Assembly (NCBI GenBank): GCA_913048575.1
Contig: CAJWWJ010000001.1
Location: 1 to 59,441 of the forward strand
Direction of reading: 5' to 3'
DNA: 59,441 nucleotides
DNA from: an uncultured Halieaceae bacterium
GTDB lineage: Bacteria; Pseudomonadota; Gammaproteobacteria; Pseudomonadales; Halieaceae
Shown: positions 58,213 through 59,441 of the stretch, one piece after another
Position numbering within the stretch: position 1 is the stretch's first letter
How the letters are laid out: each line of letters begins with the position of its first letter
Program-made: the position numbers and the translations under genes
The notes under the pieces: model-generated
What the model was told of the DNA's origin: nothing
Seen by the model: the letters and a program-made list of their open reading frames with translations, nothing else
The model's database searches: none

Positions 58213-59441
58213 ATGAAAACAGTAACCTCCTTTCGCAACTGGAAGGCAGCGATTGTACTCGGCATCACAACAGCGATTTTGCTGCAAACCCAGATAGCCA
58301 GCGCGGCACAGGCCGCCGGTGGGCCGCCCACAGATGAGCTCGCACCCACGGCCCTCAACTCAATGGACGAACAATATGCCTGGGTTGGAGACTTAGGCGA
58401 TCGTGATGCGCTACCAGGCAAACCGCTGTACCAAGAGCACTGTGCGGGCTGTCATGAAGCACAAGTCTATAAAGCGCCCCACACAACTTGGTTAGAGTTA
58501 ATGTCTCCGCAGGTGCTTTACCGCTCCGTAACAGAGGGCATTATGCAAGCCCAGGCAGCGCATCTTTCTAACGAGCAAAAGCAACACATCGTCGAGTACA
58601 TCACCCAGATGCGACTGGGGGATCCCGACGCCACGCCTGCAGTGGCTTGGTGCGAGGGGCCCGACCGCGAATTTAGCGCGTTAGACGAAAGCCGATTGAC
58701 CGGTTGGGGACATGACACACGTCGCTACGTTGCACCTGAAGTCGCGGGCTTGGACCGTGCTGAGCTCGGCCGCCTAGAGCTAAAATGGGCCTTTGGCTAC
58801 CCGGCCTCCACCCGCGCGCGCTCACAGCCGACTATCGCTATGGGAGCCGTGTTTGTCGGTAGCCAGGACGGTACAGTCTACGCTTTCGACCTCGAAACAG
58901 GCTGCGTGCGATGGAAATTTGCGGCACGTGCCGAGGTAAGAACGGGTATCACCTTAGGCAAGCGTGGTCCAAATGAGACGCCAACCGCTTATTTTGGCGA
59001 CATTATCGCCAACCTCTATGCCATCGATGCTGAAACAGGCGAACTCATTTGGCAAACCAGCGCGGATGATCACCACAGTGCCACCCTCACCGGCACCCCC
59101 GCCTTTGCCGATGGCAGGCTCTACGTGCCCGTATCCTCTTTAGAAGTGGTAACCGCTGCAGACCCGGAATATGCCTGCTGCACGTTCCGTGGTCATGTCC
59201 TAGCAATCGATAGCAATGATGGTAGTGTTATTTGGGATAGCTATGCCATCCCCAACCAACCGATTTCGCTCGCAACAACCCGTGCGGGAACAAAAGTGTT
59301 CTCACCATCTGGCGCCCCGGTCTGGACAAGTCCCACAGTCGATGTGGCGAGAAATCTCTTAATCTTCGGTACTGGGGAAAATTACTCTTCCCCCGCAGAC
59401 CAAAACAGTGATGCGGTGATCGCTATCCGCCTTGATACAGG
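58213..59441 (+). CDS. Quinohemoprotein: N-terminal cytochrome c + PQQ beta-propeller, polyvinyl-alcohol-dehydrogenase-like (3'-truncated; absent from ORF track)
   Basis: Manual translation gives the signal MKTVTSFRNWKAAIVLG..., LYQEHCAGCH (CxxCH), LKWAFG, RSQP, W-motif repeats, CCTFRG, GAPVWTSPT and GTGENYS. The frame is open to the window end. Start is 58207 or 58213. Confidence 0.88.
   Translation, partial: MKTVTSFRNWKAAIVLGITTAILLQTQIASAAQAAGGPPTDELAPTALNSMDEQYAWVGDLGDRDALPGKPLYQEHCAGCHEAQVYKAPHTTWLELMSPQVLYRSVTEGIMQAQAAHLSNEQKQHIVEYITQMRLGDPDATPAVAWCEGPDREFSALDESRLTGWGHDTRRYVAPEVAGLDRAELGRLELKWAFGYPASTRARSQPTIAMGAVFVGSQDGTVYAFDLETGCVRWKFAARAEVRTGITLGKRGPNETPTAYFGDIIANLYAIDAETGELIWQTSADDHHSATLTGTPAFADGRLYVPVSSLEVVTAADPEYACCTFRGHVLAIDSNDGSVIWDSYAIPNQPISLATTRAGTKVFSPSGAPVWTSPTVDVARNLLIFGTGENYSSPADQNSDAVIAIRLDT

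Noticed and set aside
1-59441. CRISPR arrays, IS elements, prophage, tRNA/rRNA and defence systems
   Set aside because: None were seen by eye. The SNF2 ATPase is housekeeping RapA, and TatD is in an ordinary context rather than a defence island.

Overview
This is a gene-dense chromosomal segment of roughly 55% GC (estimated by eye) from a free-living gammaproteobacterium. The gene content resembles the marine OM60/NOR5 (Halieaceae) clade, which is an inference. About 53 CDS were found; no tRNA, rRNA, CRISPR array, transposase or phage gene was recognised. Core blocks are nadB-sdhE-ygfZ-ung, lptGF/pepA-holC-valS, LysR-tatD-rapA and recA-recX with a clear SOS box. Accessory blocks are a branched-acyl-CoA beta-oxidation operon ending in a secreted DUF3604 protein, exeAB, amt/phoA/short ppx, an orphan class I HMG-CoA reductase operon, and a TonB receptor divergent from a PVA-dehydrogenase-like quinohemoprotein. 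Two signals stand out. (1) A translationally coupled 7-gene operon (32761-38698) places the two halves of animal D-glutamate cyclase (DUF1445, DUF4392) around 5-oxoprolinase pxpABC, followed by a D-amino-acid aminotransferase and alanine racemase. It is a candidate D-glutamate/pyroglutamate salvage pathway. (2) An unannotated ~100-nt candidate sRNA (16442-16540, minus strand) lies divergent from a LysR gene, with an anti-Shine-Dalgarno loop and an intrinsic terminator.
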